Source of the DNA: Octopus sinensis
Lineage: Eukaryota
Direction: 5' to 3'
Assembly: GCF_006345805.1 (NCBI RefSeq)
Contig: NC_042997.1
Location: 130,076,001-130,140,000 of the forward strand
DNA length: 64,000 nt
The position numbers and the translations under genes were made by a program. Every line of letters starts with the position of its first letter. Positions within the stretch are counted from its first letter, which is position 1. The notes below the pieces were generated by a model. The model was not told the origin of the DNA. It did no database searches and saw nothing but the letters and a program-made list of their open reading frames with translations. Positions 1-13,822 of the stretch are shown here, piece after piece.

Positions 1-504
1 ATGTTTCCTATTACAAGCACCATAGCCTACAGTAGATTTCATGACAGAAACTGAAGGAATACCATTATATGCATGTGTGTGTGTGTACATGTATATGTAT
101 GTGTGTATGTGTATACAGGTATGTGTGTGTGTACATGTATATATGTGTGTACATGTATGTGTGTGTTTGTCTTTGTGTTTGTCCTCACATCCACTCAAAC
201 GACTGGCATTGGTTTGTTTATATACCCATAACTTAGCAGTTTTGCAAAAGAGATCAGTAAAATAAGTACGAGGCTTTAAAAAGTAAGTACTGGGGGTCAT
301 TTTGTTCGACTAAATCACTTCAAGGAAGTGCCCCAGCGTGGCCACAGTCCAATGATTGAAACAAGAAAAAGATAAAAAATAAATCTCAACAGGTGCAAGA
401 GTGGCTGTGTGATAAGAAGCTTGCTTCCCAACTACATGGTTCCAGGGGCCGATCAAAGCCTTGTGAAAGGATTTGGTAAACGGAAATAGAATGAAGCCCG
501 TCAC

Positions 505-655
505 TGGTTGGAATTAGGAAGGGCATCCAGCTGTAGAAACTCTGCCAGATCAAGATTGTAACCTGGTGCAGCCATCTGGTTTGCCAGTCCTCAGTCAAAT
601 CGTCCAACCCATGCTAGCATGGAAAGCGGACGTTAAACGATGATGATGATGATGA
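505..655 (+). mobile_element. RTE-type 3'-tail repeat (family A, ends ...ggacgttaaacgatgatgat)
   Basis: Multicopy in the window; elsewhere the family continues from RTE coding fragments. Confidence 0.8.
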
Positions 656-3600
656 TATATATATATTTGTGTGTGTCTGTGTTTATCACCCTATCATCGC
701 TTGACAACTTAGTGGTTCGGCAAAAGAGACTGATAGAATAAGTACTAGGTTTACAAAGAATAAGTCCTGGGGTCAATTTGTTCGACTGAAGGCAGTGCTC
801 CAGCATGGCTGCAGTCTAATGACTGAAACAAGTAAAAGAATAGACATACACGTAACAAGTTATTTTGCTAAATGCAACCAAATTGTTATCAAAATGAATA
901 GAAACATAGAGGGGAGCCTACTGCATTGGAAATATGGTTATGAGAATGTTAGAAATAGCACTGGAGAAACCTTACAAATATACATTTACTGGAAATAACT
1001 TGATTAGGAAATTGAATAATGATTGTGATGATTGGATATATGAAGAAAGCTGGATAAAATTGTACAATGATCTTGTAAAGAAGCTCCAAGAATTGAACCT
1101 CTTGTCAGTCTTCCAGTGATATTATGACACACAATGTCTATTGCAGGGGTCGGGGACAATTTAAGGATTAATTTTATTTTTATGTTTTATATATCTTTAA
1201 AGCTATGATATGGTATTTCAGTATGTTTGCATTATCACACACGTGGAAGCTCTAAAAGTGTCAAAGCTTGAATAGTTCAATCAAAAAAAAAAATCTGTTC
1301 AACAACTGAATGAATGCAAATTTTAGAAATGTCAGAATAATTAAAAACATTAAAAAGGCTTCAGTTTTCTTAATTTTGTTCTAAAAAAAAAAAAAAAACT
1401 TTCGATGTACGCGCTATTTAAAGGTAGATAACTCTGTATCATCATGATTAATAGTCTTCTTCAGAATTTCATTACTCTTCAAAAATTACGTTTGACATTT
1501 GATACAAGGTGATCGAGTTAAAAATAAAGTCTCTACGGTGGCCACTCAAGCCATTAGAAATAGCAACCAAATCCCCTTCGAATCTCAACATTTTCAAAAC
1601 TGAAAGACACAGAGGATAATGTAGTCATAGGTATAATATTGGTGCAGGTTAAGAAGTTTGTTTCACTATTACATTGAGTTCAAATCCAACATACGAAATC
1701 CTTGGGCAAATATCTTCTACTATACATAACCTTGTGAGTACAATTTGGTAGATGAAAGATGTAAAGAAACCTGTTAAAGGAACCGTTTTTGTTCTTAGAT
1801 GGGAGACTTAATCATAATGAATTGTCATGTCTTAACACACTCTGATTTGAATATGTTAATTGCTGCTGTTTCATCATTGTAGAACAATTTCTTCTTTCAG
1901 ATGAATGCATGTTCATAAAACACTAGATTCATTATCATAGTCTGGTTTAAACTCACCACGTGGCACATTGGGTACCTTCAGTGGAGTCTTTGCTGCAAGT
2001 ATTTAGAGCAGGTCTCTGATCTGAGGATAATTTCTTCCCATTAATCTCAGAGACCTGAAAAGCATCATGGGCATCTTCATGTTCCGAGTTCAAATTCCGT
2101 TGAGGCTGACTTTGCCTTTCATCCTTTTGGGGTTAATAAAATAAGTACTGACTGAGCACTGGAGTTAATGCAATCAACTTAGCCACTCCTACGTAACTGT
2201 GCCAAAATTCGAAACCAATATTACATAACATATAGCTGCCTATTACGTCTAGGTCAAAGACACACACTCTAGAAGACTTGCTTCACAAAAACATAATATG
2301 CTGATGAGTCAGATTAAAACAATAATTTCTGCACTAGTTAGCATTTAAACTAGAAACTACCAACTTATGTCATACAGTACATCTTTATCATTTACACAAT
2401 ACATAGAAAATACAAAGAAATACTTAATTGTACAGTCCATTCACTAATATATCCTTTGGTTCAGCTAATGCGGGAAGTTTCTCCATGGCAACTAGAATAG
2501 CAGCCAATCTCCTTCAAATCACTCCCTACCAATAAAAAAACTATTTCAATGTTTTGGTCCCTGATGCACAGTGCCTAGGGAAAAAATAAGATGGTCTTGG
2601 TTGGAATTTCTTTCATTATAGGTCTCCATTGGGTCTAAAACCAACAATATTTGGTCAAAATAATTAATTCCCAATACTAGGATTGCCATGGCACTTATTT
2701 GACCCTCTCTATAATGCTCTACTCCTCCCTCTTTTATCCTTATCACCTTAGCTCTCTCTCATCATTTTACAATATATACATAAAGGACTTTCCATTTTGA
2801 AAATGTTGAGATTCGAAGGGGATTTGGTCGCTATTTCTAATGGCTTGAATGACCACCGTAAAGACTGCATGTACTCCATATACCCTACCTATACTCCCCA
2901 TTGGCCATTTGGTATCAACATACATCATTCACTTTCACCATTTATCCATCCCTTGCTATCCATGACTCTCATCCTTATCATTTCTAATTTTGGTGCCATA
3001 AAATAAACAAAATAAAATGCACCCAGTACACTCTGTAAAGTGGCTGGTGTTAGGAAGTGCATCAAGCCATAGAAACCAAGCCAAAATCAAACGTAGAAGC
3101 CAAGTGTGGTCCTTTAACCCATCTAGGTGACAGGCAACAACTCATGCTAGCAAGGCAAACAGAGGTAAAAAAACGATGATGATGTTTTTACCAGCAATAC
3201 AGCAAGTCTTGGTCCTCACTAGTTCTGTATATGGGCCTGCCATTTTTCTGTTGTCATAAACCACAGCAAATTATTAACCATCCAAAACAATGTTCTCTAG
3301 CCCATAACAAGCCACATACATCACAACTAACTACTGAACACAATCCTAAGTGTTGAATTTCTAACTCCATGTAAACATTACCTGCAGTCAGTCGTCACAA
3401 CTCTGAATGTTCATGGTTATGGCATGACTTGATAACCTCTCTCCATGATGGTCGGCTTTTGTCAAGTTTGTCAAGGGACATAATTCAATTATTTTAACTG
3501 GACAATACTATGACTGATCAAACCAGTTACCTAGAGGCATACTGACAACATACTAGAACATTATAATATCATTCTTCAGTTAGTCATTTAACAAACCCAA

Positions 3601-6600
3601 GTACAGAAAAAAAATTCCAAAATCATCAGTTTCCTGTGATACCAGCCAGTAATACATCTGAAATCAAATCTATCATACACTGGCTGAAACTACATAGTCC
3701 ATACATGAGCCAAAGTAAGCCTCTGCCCAATTGTTTGACCTGCTAGAAACAGCGACCAGATCCCACTCATATCATTCTCTACCATCTTAAAGAAGGAAAG
3801 ACACTTTGCATAATATATCCAAAGATGCATGCTATATGAAAAAAGTGATCATAGCAGGAACATCTTTGATCATAGGTATGGTGGATCACGACTAACCTAG
3901 GGCTAAACAAACTATTATGGTAGCTATGTTCACTGTTAGAAAACACAAGTAACTGGACAATAAAGTAAACTGAATATATTCTATTTACCAAACTAGGTAC
4001 TTTATTTAAGCAGATCTATGGTGTATTTGTGAAGCCCTCCCAAATATATGAATAGCTGCTTGGACCTAAATGTAGGAATAAAATGTTGGGTGGGTTTTCT
4101 TCCTTAAAGAAACAGGGAACACAATATCAATACCTATTAATACCAAGGAGGGAAATGCTTAGCAGATGAGTTAGTTTAAATTCCTCACTCTCTTAGTCTG
4201 ACTATATACTCAAAAATAAAATATTGATAAAAAGGGTTTCTTTATCAGGGCTGACCCGGAACTAAACAATGGCTTATTGTCTATCTTTACATTGGTGAGT
4301 TGCATAGCTTATAAGGTTACAACTGAATACTATCTTCATATAGTCCACCTGGGGCAAGCCAGCTTGGTGAATATCATCAATCTTCAAGTAATAACCACAG
4401 GAACTGAACTCATCATCAACCCTCGGACATTACTGTCTTGAATCTGTAGATTCACAGGGATGGTTAACTGGTTTCCATAATATATAAGCAACTGAGACCA
4501 TAACATCCCCCCTCAATGGAATGCCTGTCCATGGCAGGGTTACATGTTTACAGCTGAGTGAATTAGAGCAACATAAATATTTTGCCCAAGAACACAATGC
4601 ACGACCTGGTCCAGAAACTGAAACCACAATTTTGCTATCCTGAGTATAACATCCTAACCACTAGGCCATGTGCCAGCACTCATTGAATTCAACACTACAA
4701 ATAGACAAAACACTTATTTTTAGTGCAGTAACCTTTTACAGTAAGGCAGACTGCACTGAGTTATCTGAGAGTGAAACAGTGTTGCCAAAGATACAGTACA
4801 GTGGTTGATTGTTGGTTACCTTATTGATTCAGCCTTGCAACTGTGACAGAGTAGAACACTTCATAAGAGTCCTCACTAACCAGCTCCTTACCTCTTTTTC
4901 TTGAACTCAAATTACAGTGGATGCAACTGTCCTCCATCCCTTCAGGGTCAATAAAATTAATACTAATATATCAGAGGCAAACTATAAGGAACTATACACT
5001 ACCTTTATCTTTAGTGAAGATTACAGTATTGTTAATCTCAATCTTTAGAATAATCAGCTCAAAGTTTTTCAAAAATGGTGCTATTTTCTATTTCCATATT
5101 CCTTTGACAATATTTTGGGTAAATATCCATGTTGGGCATTTCTATTTCACACTCTGTAAATATAAAGTATTGAACAACAATGATTATCATTGAGACACTG
5201 TGAGGAAGCAGTGACTGGACTCCAGAATATTCAATGATACAATATCTATTTACCTGATATGACAGTCAACTTAACCAAAGTAACTCTTGCCAAGTTCAAG
5301 AGAGTGCTTCTAAAAGCTGTAACTATAGTAAGTCTGAAATAGAGTATAAATTAATAAAATACTCATCAAATATAAAATGCGTCTACTGCTTGTATGGAAC
5401 TACACTTCTCTATAGTACATTTGTTATGAACTTTCTCATTGATTTCCACAAAGGAATATTCCAGTTGCTTAACTAATAGAACCACCTATCTATTATAGGG
5501 TATTGCTTATAAGCTTGTAAAAAATGAACTGTAGACAAGGACTTTTACTGCAGACTAGTTATAGAACTAGATGGTAGAAAAGGCACTTCTGGTGAGGTAG
5601 GTAACAAGACCTGGGCGGTAGGGGTGGGTGAATCACTCTTTTTCACATTTGTAAATGTTTGACATGCAATAAACAACAGCTCAATAACTGTCATTATTTT
5701 ATGTGTAATTTAACTAAAGCTATGTTATTGTATAATAGTGCTAGTAACTAAGTATTCCAGGGACACTTGTACATTTAGCATAATTCTCAGGTCAAATCAG
5801 CATACTATATGTAACACTGAGCCTTGGAATCACACACATTGTCCATTTGACAAGCTTCTACAAAATTTCCCCCTCTATAATTTTACTGACAAGATTTTAG
5901 TCAATCCAAGACGACGGAAGAAGTTATTAGCTCAAGTTGCAATAAAGTGGAATCAAACTTAGAACCTTGTGATTGTGAAGCAAACTTCTTAACCACACAG
6001 ATATGTATTGACAGCTAGGTAGAATGGAACTGCGAGAATTACATTTTGGTGATGTAGGTGACGAAATGTAAATATATTAACCTTTCAATCAGACACTTTG
6101 CCACAAAGAAAATATAACATAACAAATTTAATGTCTAAATTAGAAGTCATTAATGATATTTAGACAGGGGACTAAATTTTTATTTTGTGTTACAAATCAT
6201 TTGAATGTTATCTGAAGTAAAATAGATATTTTGTTTAGTTCAGTAACATTTCACAGGCATAACACATGGCTGTCAGCAATATCCTTTCTTCTTCACAGAG
6301 GTAACTCAAACATGGATACTAAAACATCCTTATATCTTTAAAGTATAATGTTCTAAAAACTTCACTGTTAGATTTCAAAACAACAGAACAACCAATGAAA
6401 TTTTACAAGCCATTTTATTTATAATTAAAAAAAGAAAGCAATTTCTTTTTTTTTTCTTTTCTTCAAGACAATTTCAAAATACAAAGTTTTTTCAGAGTTA
6501 TTCCACTGGTCAAGGTGGAAATAAAAAGTCAAAAAAGATTTAAAAAATGTCAAATAAAGCTCACATCATTTATATGAAAACAAAATTGTGAGAAAGCTAA

Positions 6601-6714
6601 AACATAAAAGATTAATTTTGAAATGCTTATTTAGTTATTTGGTTATCATTTCAGTTTCTTTTCAGTAGTTGAACAAAATGCACGTTGCCACTTCTTTCTC
6701 TAGAAATTCTTCAT

Positions 6715-8910
6715 TTATCGACTTGCAAATTTCCTGTTATATTTCAAGTCAATAAAAGAGGTCTGTGCTCGTTTCTCCAATATTGCCAATTCAGAAACTG
6801 TTGGAGCCAACTGAGCAACATGGCCTTTGTACATTGACCCTGTATTTTTGCGCTTCTGTCCATAAGTGACTTTACCATCAAATTCAAAGATTGGAATTTT
6901 CATGTCAGGTTGCACTTTATCAATTGTGATGTCCAAATGTTCTTGAATATCATTCAACAGTTTAGGTTCATCATACCAAATACAACAGCCCCCCCTGTCA
7001 GTCAAATTGGTGTTATAGCATCCTTTACCACGAGATGAACAGTTGGAATGGTACCAGACTTTCTCCTTTTTCACTGCAACCAGTGAAACAGCCAAACCCA
7101 TCCTTTCAGCACGACCAACACGACCAATACGGTGAATGTAGTTCTGTTTTTCATCAGGTAGAGTAACATTGATGACAAAAGGCAGACCAGTTACATCAAT
7201 ACCTCGAGCTGCTACATCGGTACAAATGAGAAATCGAACCTTTCTGTCTTTAAATTTTTGTAGATTAGCCTTACGTTCAGGAGGTTTTCGATCACTGTGA
7301 AGACAAACACAGGAATATTTACCTCTTCCCCGTTCCATTAAGTATTTCTCCATGTTATCACAATCCAACTTTGTTCGGCAGAAAATCAGTCCATGATCTA
7401 TATTATGCTCATCAATGGCATTTATGGTGTATTCTCCTTTGAGGATTTTCACAGCTTCAGACATCATCTCAGGAGAAAACAGATTGCCGTGATTATCTTT
7501 ATAATGAACACCATCAGTTTGAACATGGTGTTTCAGAGTTTTCCACTGAGTATCAACAGTTGGATCAACCTCACACACAACATGGTGCACAGTCTCGGGG
7601 ACAGAATCTTGACCCTTTAAATCAATCCAGGTGGGGAAATACATGATTCTCTCGGCCATTTTCTTCACATCAAATGAATGCAAAGTAGCAGAACAGACGA
7701 CCATTTGTAAACGATTTCCATCATTAGTTACTTTAGGAATCTGTTGATGCAGACGGTTGATTAAATCTCCATAGCCTTGAGAGAGCAGACCATCAGCTTC
7801 ATCAAGCACAAAGAAACGCACTTGATGTAAAGCTAGCTTCCCAGTTGAAATCAAGTCGTCCATACGACCTGGCGTTCCTACGACAATATCAATTCCTTGC
7901 TCCAACTTATCACACTGTTCTTTTGAACTAACACCTCCAATAATTAAAAGTTCTCGGATGTTAGGCTCTGCTAAATGTATTTTGAACTTACAAATTTGGG
8001 AAAAAGTTTGTTCAGCTAATTCCCTTGAAGGCTCAATAATGATAGCTTGGGGTGCATTAGGTGCAGGTTTGTGGGTATTTCCACCAGACTCTATCTTGGA
8101 AACAAAAATAGAATCTTTCGGTGCTTTAAACAAAGAGGTCCAACTTTTATCTGGTGGATATTTAAAAGCATTTTCACCAAAATTTATATCCATTTCTGCA
8201 TTTTTCAAAACAAGAGCTGCAAAGAATTTCTCATTTCTTAATGGACCTGGAATATCATAAGCTTTACCAAGATCAATCCCATTTTTTGACCATTTAATCA
8301 GTCCTTTCTCCAGATCTAAGTAACACCCAATAACATCGTTAATACCAAAAGATTCCCCATATGAATCAAACTGTCTGTTATAAGACTTCTTGCCGGTTCC
8401 ACCAAACCCGAATCCATTTTTATCAGTACCAAGATCAAGGGTAGCTTTGTTTGTCGACCAACCCACACGACAGAGGCCCTCGTCTGTTACAGTAGCTTCA
8501 TAAAAATAACGTCCACTCTTGCCCAAAACAGCTTTGTTGGAGCGAACCCCGTGCCAGCCAGAGGGGTCTCTAGCCTGACATAAATGACCCTCGGGGTCAA
8601 TAGCCATGGCATCGCTCCGGTCGAAGACGTTCATTTTCCAATTTTTTGATACATCACCAGTCTTTACTATAGTTTTGCCTTTACCTTTACCTTCAGCTTG
8701 ATCTTTCAAAGACTCGTGGACAATCTGTATGATGGGTAAACAGAAGGCTCCAGTCTTGCCGCTTCCAGTCTCAGCCGCCATCAGCACATCTCCTCCTCCA
8801 AGAATCATTGGGATGGCTTCAGATTGCACGTCTGTCGGTAACATCCAGTCCATCTCTTCAACAGCCTTGCCTAATTCAGGCATTACTCCCATCTCTTCGA
8901 AAGCAGTCAT
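6715..8910 (-). CDS. DDX1: ATP-dependent DEAD-box RNA helicase DDX1 (SPRY insertion), single coding exon, 731 aa
   Basis: Uninterrupted ORF with motifs [45 protein letters not shown] domain ([20 protein letters not shown]) sits between motifs I and Ia, which is diagnostic of DDX1; N-terminus [13 protein letters not shown] is DDX1-like. Confidence 0.97.
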   Translation of the reverse strand: MTAFEEMGVMPELGKAVEEMDWMLPTDVQSEAIPMILGGGDVLMAAETGSGKTGAFCLPIIQIVHESLKDQAEGKGKGKTIVKTGDVSKNWKMNVFDRSDAMAIDPEGHLCQARDPSGWHGVRSNKAVLGKSGRYFYEATVTDEGLCRVGWSTNKATLDLGTDKNGFGFGGTGKKSYNRQFDSYGESFGINDVIGCYLDLEKGLIKWSKNGIDLGKAYDIPGPLRNEKFFAALVLKNAEMDINFGENAFKYPPDKSWTSLFKAPKDSIFVSKIESGGNTHKPAPNAPQAIIIEPSRELAEQTFSQICKFKIHLAEPNIRELLIIGGVSSKEQCDKLEQGIDIVVGTPGRMDDLISTGKLALHQVRFFVLDEADGLLSQGYGDLINRLHQQIPKVTNDGNRLQMVVCSATLHSFDVKKMAERIMYFPTWIDLKGQDSVPETVHHVVCEVDPTVDTQWKTLKHHVQTDGVHYKDNHGNLFSPEMMSEAVKILKGEYTINAIDEHNIDHGLIFCRTKLDCDNMEKYLMERGRGKYSCVCLHSDRKPPERKANLQKFKDRKVRFLICTDVAARGIDVTGLPFVINVTLPDEKQNYIHRIGRVGRAERMGLAVSLVAVKKEKVWYHSNCSSRGKGCYNTNLTDRGGCCIWYDEPKLLNDIQEHLDITIDKVQPDMKIPIFEFDGKVTYGQKRKNTGSMYKGHVAQLAPTVSELAILEKRAQTSFIDLKYNRKFASR

Positions 8911-9352
8911 GATGCAATAATATCAATGTATCAACTACAATGATAACGTTCACACGACTCCGGCAAACCACAATGTCTGAACAGGAAGCCGATAAAAATT
9001 CTACGTGCACATTAGTCACGCACAGAATATATTCTCACATACTTACCGAAATATTTTTCTGAACGAAACTATTAGAGTCTCTTCTCGATATAACACCTAC
9101 TTCTATTTTTATATAGTTTTATTTTAGAATGTTTAACTTATTTTTATTTAAAATCATAAGAGAAATGACCTTTGGCATCAATTCAGTGCCCTATTATTAT
9201 ACCAATTACTAACGTTATCCCAAACATGAAAGCGTTATGTTCTTCACAATGTATAATATGAAGGAATTGGCTTTACTGGAATGACACGTCGTGTAATAAT
9301 CGGAGACTTAGTAATGTTAAATTGTTGTTGTTGATAAAGTTGGAGGGCAACT
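8911..9352. promoter_or_regulatory. Putative bidirectional promoter and 5' UTRs shared by DDX1 and WDR59
   Basis: Divergent start codons 442 bp apart; ETS-like CAGGAAGC near 8982. Function is inferred from the geometry only. Confidence 0.7.
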
Positions 9353-9406
9353 ATGTCTATCAGGTGGAGTATTGAACAAAATGTGAAAGATCTTAAAGAT
9401 CTTCAG
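9353..9406 (+). CDS. WDR59: WDR59 exon 1 (MSIRWSIEQNVKDLKDLQ)
   Basis: ATG at 9353, donor gtttgt; resembles human MAARWSSENVVVEFRDSQ. Confidence 0.85.
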
Positions 9407-11440
9407 GTTTGTTAAAAACATGAAATATTTCGTTTACTATTTTGTCTGCAGTATCATTTATCTTCCATCCACATCATCTTTTAAATATTTATACATATTC
9501 ACGTTTAGATAGCACGTATTTATGTATGTTTACATCGATAGGATAATGTCTGTGTACATCAAAATGTATGTTCAACTCGGAAGGTTTATTTGAAGTACAT
9601 TCATGTAAAATCAGTACAGTTGCAATATAACAAATGTTTTATCTTGTGTTTATTTGTTAAAGAAACTAGTTAACACCATTTATGCTCTTATTACTGCCCG
9701 CACTAATACGAATCAAAGAGGGAACGGCTGTACTGTTGCTAGAAATAGCAGCCAAGGCTCTCTCAAATCACTCCCCCTTGACTTTCAAAATAGAAAGATA
9801 AGTTAGGTATAGTTCTGATACATTATACTTTTAAAATGATAGGATAATAAAGGCTCCCTGGCTTTTCATCATATGTATATTTCATCGTGACTGGGTTGAG
9901 GCTATGCAACATCAATTACTCACTAACGTCTGGTATTTACATTTCACTGTCGTTACATGAGGAGAAATATGTCAATAGTTCGGGTTACCTGAAAGATACG
10001 ACGGCAAGACTCCCCAATCTATATCTGTTAGACATGTAACAACTAATTACAAGTGTAATTAATTATCATATTACATTGTTGTTAATATAATAAGCCAGTA
10101 TGGCTAATGCCATGACCTTTGTTGCTTGTGTGGTGCTGAACTATGTCTGCTTCTGTGACCCCCATCAATTCACAGGGGATACATTTGGCATAACTTGGCA
10201 TTTGTACTTAGTAATAATGTAGATGACAACATTATTTAAGGTTTTGAATAAACTGTTTGAAAACAGTTAACGTTTGTTTCATACAATTTTCTTTTACTGA
10301 ACTGATGTTAAGATCCATTTGATATAAAACCCTTCACCACTAATCTGATATATGTATGTATGTATATATATATTTATATATATGTGTATGTATATATATA
10401 TATATGTACATATATAATGATGATGTATATATATATATATGTATGTATGTGTGTGTGTGTATATATATATAAATTTATATATATAATCATTATCATTATC
10501 GTTTAATATCTCTATTTCCATACTTGCATGGCTCAGTCAGAATTTGTCGAAGCAGATTTTCTACAGCATGATGCCCTTCCTATCACCAACCCGCACCTAT
10601 TTCCAAATAAGGCAGTATTTCCCCATGCCCTGACACATTCTTCAGTAAAGACTGGAAACAAACAACATAGCTTGTATCACAGTGATGCTCATTTACAATC
10701 ATCACATGATGTCAAGACAAAGCTACTCACACACAGTTGGCTTCTCTTGGTTTCCATCTACCGAATCTGCTCACAAGGCTTTTGTTGACCCAAGGTTATA
10801 GTGAACGGTGTATGGTTCAGTGGTTAGGGCATTCAGCTAACAATCATAAGGTCATGAGTTCAATCCCCAGTGTTGTGTCCTTGAGCAAGATACTTTATTT
10901 CATGTTGTTCCAGTCCCCCCAGCTAGCAAAAATGAGTAGTACTAATGAGTAGTACCTGTAGTTCAAAGGACAGCCTTGTCATACTGAATCCCCCTAAAAA
11001 CTACATTAAAGGTATGCATGTCTGTGAGGTGCTCAGCCACCTGCCCAAGGTGTTGCCCAGTGGGACTAAGACTACATGATTGGGAAGCATGCTTCTTACA
11101 TATACAGTTATGCCTCTATCTATCATTCTATATATATATATGTATATATAGATTGTTGAACTGGAGAAACTCTTGACAGAGTCCCTCATCCTGTGATATG
11201 ATGGTTTCTGAGGAAGCTTGGAGTGGACAGGTAGCTTATGAAAGCCATAAAGCTATATTTACAGGAGTGCTGTCAGTAAGGTGAGAGTTAGCTATGCATG
11301 CAACAACGAATTCAGGATTCAGTTCTCAGTCCCCTCCTATCCATCATTGTCTTAGAGGTCATAACAGAACAACTGAAGACTGGCTGACCTGAAAACTACT
11401 ATATAGTGATGATCTCACTTTTCACAGACGAATCTGTAAC

Positions 11441-11708
11441 AGTGCCGCTGGACTGCTTCCTGTGCTGGTGGCACATAAAAAACACCATTTGACCATGGCT
11501 GTTGCCAGTACCACCTGACTGGCCCTCGTGCCAGTGGCACGTAAAAGCACCCGCTATACTCTCGGAGTGGTTGGTGTTAGGAAGGGCATCCAGCTGTAGA
11601 AACTCTGCCAGATCAGATTGGAGTCTGGTGCAGCCATCTGGTTCGCCAGTCCTCAGTCAAATCATCCAACCCATGCTAGCATGGAAAGCGGACGTTAAAA
11701 GATGATGA
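11441..11708 (+). mobile_element. Family A RTE-tail repeat
   Basis: ggcacgtaaaagcacc...ggaagggcatccagctgtagaaactctgccagatc...gatgatga. Confidence 0.85.
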
Positions 11709-11709
11709 G

Positions 11710-12530
11710 TTAGAAAATAAATTCCAGGTGTGGAAGCAAAACCTGGAATTGTAAGGCTTTAAAGTAAACTTAGCAAAGACCAAAGTTCTAGTTAGCAGGA
11801 AAACGGATAGGACTCTAACCATATCAGGTAAATGCTCAATATGCAGGAAAGGTGTAGACAGGAATTCCATATGGTGTACTAAGTGCAAGCTATGGACACA
11901 TGAAGGCAGTGAAAGCACAGAAAATCGTGTTTGTATGTAGAAGGTGCTCAGATGCCATAAAGACCAAGGATACATGAGAAATTGATTCTCTCAAATGCCC
12001 TCGAAAGTAGTAAATAGTTTCTGTTGCCTAGATAATCTAATTAGCAGTAGAGGAGGATGTTCTGAAAGTATAGTTGCTAGAATAAGAATAAAGTTCAGAG
12101 AGTTATTACTGATGTTGGCAGCAAAAAGTCCACCACCACCAAAGTGAAAGGTAGCTTATATGATGCTTGTATACATACAGTGATGCTACATGGTAATGAG
12201 ATGTGGACCCTGTATACAGAGGAACGAGGCTAGTATGCTCCGTTGGATGCACAATGTCATTTGCATGAACAGCAAAGTGCTAATGTATTGAGAGAAAAGA
12301 TAGGCATAAGAGGAATCAGATGTAGTGTGCAAGAAAGAAGACTGTATTAGTTTGGCTGTGTGATGTGTGTGGATGGGTACAGTTGCAGAAAGAAGTTTCA
12401 GTTGATTAAAGTGGAGGGAACTTGTGAAAGAGGGAGACCCAGGAAGACATGGGATGAAGTATTGAAGGCAGTTCTCCAGATGCTGAGCGTTATGTAGAGG
12501 ATGACAGGGAAGTGAAGTAATTGGTGTTGT
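11710..12530 (+). mobile_element. Degenerate RTE-clade LINE C-terminal fragment
   Basis: Frames read VMLHGNEMWT, NEASMLRWM, LREKIGIRGI, VEGTCERGRPRKTWDEV. Confidence 0.75.
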
Positions 12531-13209
12531 ATTGTACCCAAAAGACCTGTCCATCACTACAAGAACAGAATAGGCATATATTACATCCCCTTCTCTTCTG
12601 GTTACCTCCCTCACTCCCTCCTCCTGGAACCACTTCCTTTCCTCATTATCATCCCTGCCACATTATTTCTAGCACCTCTTGCTATATCTTCAGCCACTGT
12701 TCTCTCCCTGCCATTCTTAACACTTCTCTTATTTGCTATTATTCTCAATGCTCTCCCATATTTATTATCATTCCCCACTGACTTTAGACACTCATATATC
12801 CCTATATCTCTCCCTCTCTGCTACTCATCACCTTGCACATCATCCCACTATTTTCTGATCTATTCTCTTTCCTAAGCCCTTCCTATACCTTTCACCTTAC
12901 CCCTTTCCATACTGGTATTTCCTTTCCACTGCATTTCCACCTTGTTCATTACTCATGATCAGAACCTAGCCTGGCAATACATGCTGTGTTGTAACAACTC
13001 TGTATCAAATATATAGAATGTATGTTATGTCAATATATTTAATAAATACCAGTTTCAGATTATTTCTTTTACAATACTGTCACTTTTGATCATATGGGTA
13101 TACTACTATACTCTATCTCCATGATATATTCATTTAGTAGTAAGTATAATAACAAACCCATTAAAATTATTTGATGTTTTTTTTTAAACACTTGTATGTT
13201 TATTTACAG

Positions 13210-13259
13210 GCCAGTACAATGGCTGTGGACTGTCTTGGTCAATGGGTTCTTCTTGGAGG
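13210..13259 (+). CDS. WDR59: WDR59 exon 2 (ASTMAVDCLGQWVLLGG)
   Basis: tacag acceptor, gtaag donor, 50 nt. Confidence 0.93.
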
Positions 13260-13351
13260 GTAAGAATATTTTCATCTTGGCTATCTCTATTTCCAGTTCA
13301 AATTGTAGTTTTATCTTTCTGAATATCTTTTTTTTTTTCTTTTAAATACAG

Positions 13352-13484
13352 GAAAAGAGCTTTAACGTTGATGAGTCTTGAAAATCATGATCATGTTCGA
13401 AAAATTGACCGGAACAGCAAATATGACATCAGTTGTGTCCAGTGGAATCCACATGCTGTTGCAGCTGAAAAGTTTGCTGTAGCT
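13352..13484 (+). CDS. WDR59: WDR59 exon 3 (KRALTLMSL...VQWNPHAVAAEKFAVA)
   Basis: tacag/gtaag, 133 nt, phase matches exon 2. Confidence 0.93.
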
Positions 13485-13573
13485 GTAAGTGAACTTATAA
13501 ATTAGAGTGCAAGCTAGCATATTTGATGTAGTAAACCAAGAAATTTTAACTGTTTTGAAAGTCTATACTATAT

Positions 13574-13822
13574 CATCATCAGCACCATCATCATTGTTTA
13601 ATGTCCGCTTTCCATGCTAGCATGGGTTGGACGATTTGACTGATGACTGAGTAACCAGATAGCTTCACCAGGCTCCAATTTAGATCTGGCAGAGTTTCTA
13701 CAGCTGGATGCCCTTCCTAACACCAACCACTCCGAGAGTGTAGTGGGTGCTTTTACGTGCCACTGGCACGAGGGCCAGTCAGGCGGTACTGGCAACAGCC
13801 ACGCTCAAATGGTGTTTTTTAT
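13574..13822 (-). mobile_element. Family A RTE-tail repeat (inverted relative to 11441-11708)
   Basis: Reverse complement of the family consensus. Confidence 0.85.

Noticed and set aside
2300-2330. CTGATGAGTC resembling a hammerhead core
   Set aside because: No GAAAC box or stem I/III complement follows; the other isolated CTGATGA hits checked also lack the topology.
3200-4000. Possible ancient LINE fragment downstream of DDX1
   Set aside because: Only vague similarity; no motif could be read with confidence.
6442-6463. A-rich tract downstream of DDX1 (minus strand) as a retrogene poly(A) scar
   Set aside because: No AATAAA just upstream of it and no TSD; such tracts are common in this AT-rich DNA.
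1-6700. Short ORFs in the track (e.g. 41-265, 934-1119, 4921-5193)
   Set aside because: They derive from (CA)/(TA) microsatellites, SINEs or AT-rich sequence; no recognisable domains or splice-consistent exon chain.
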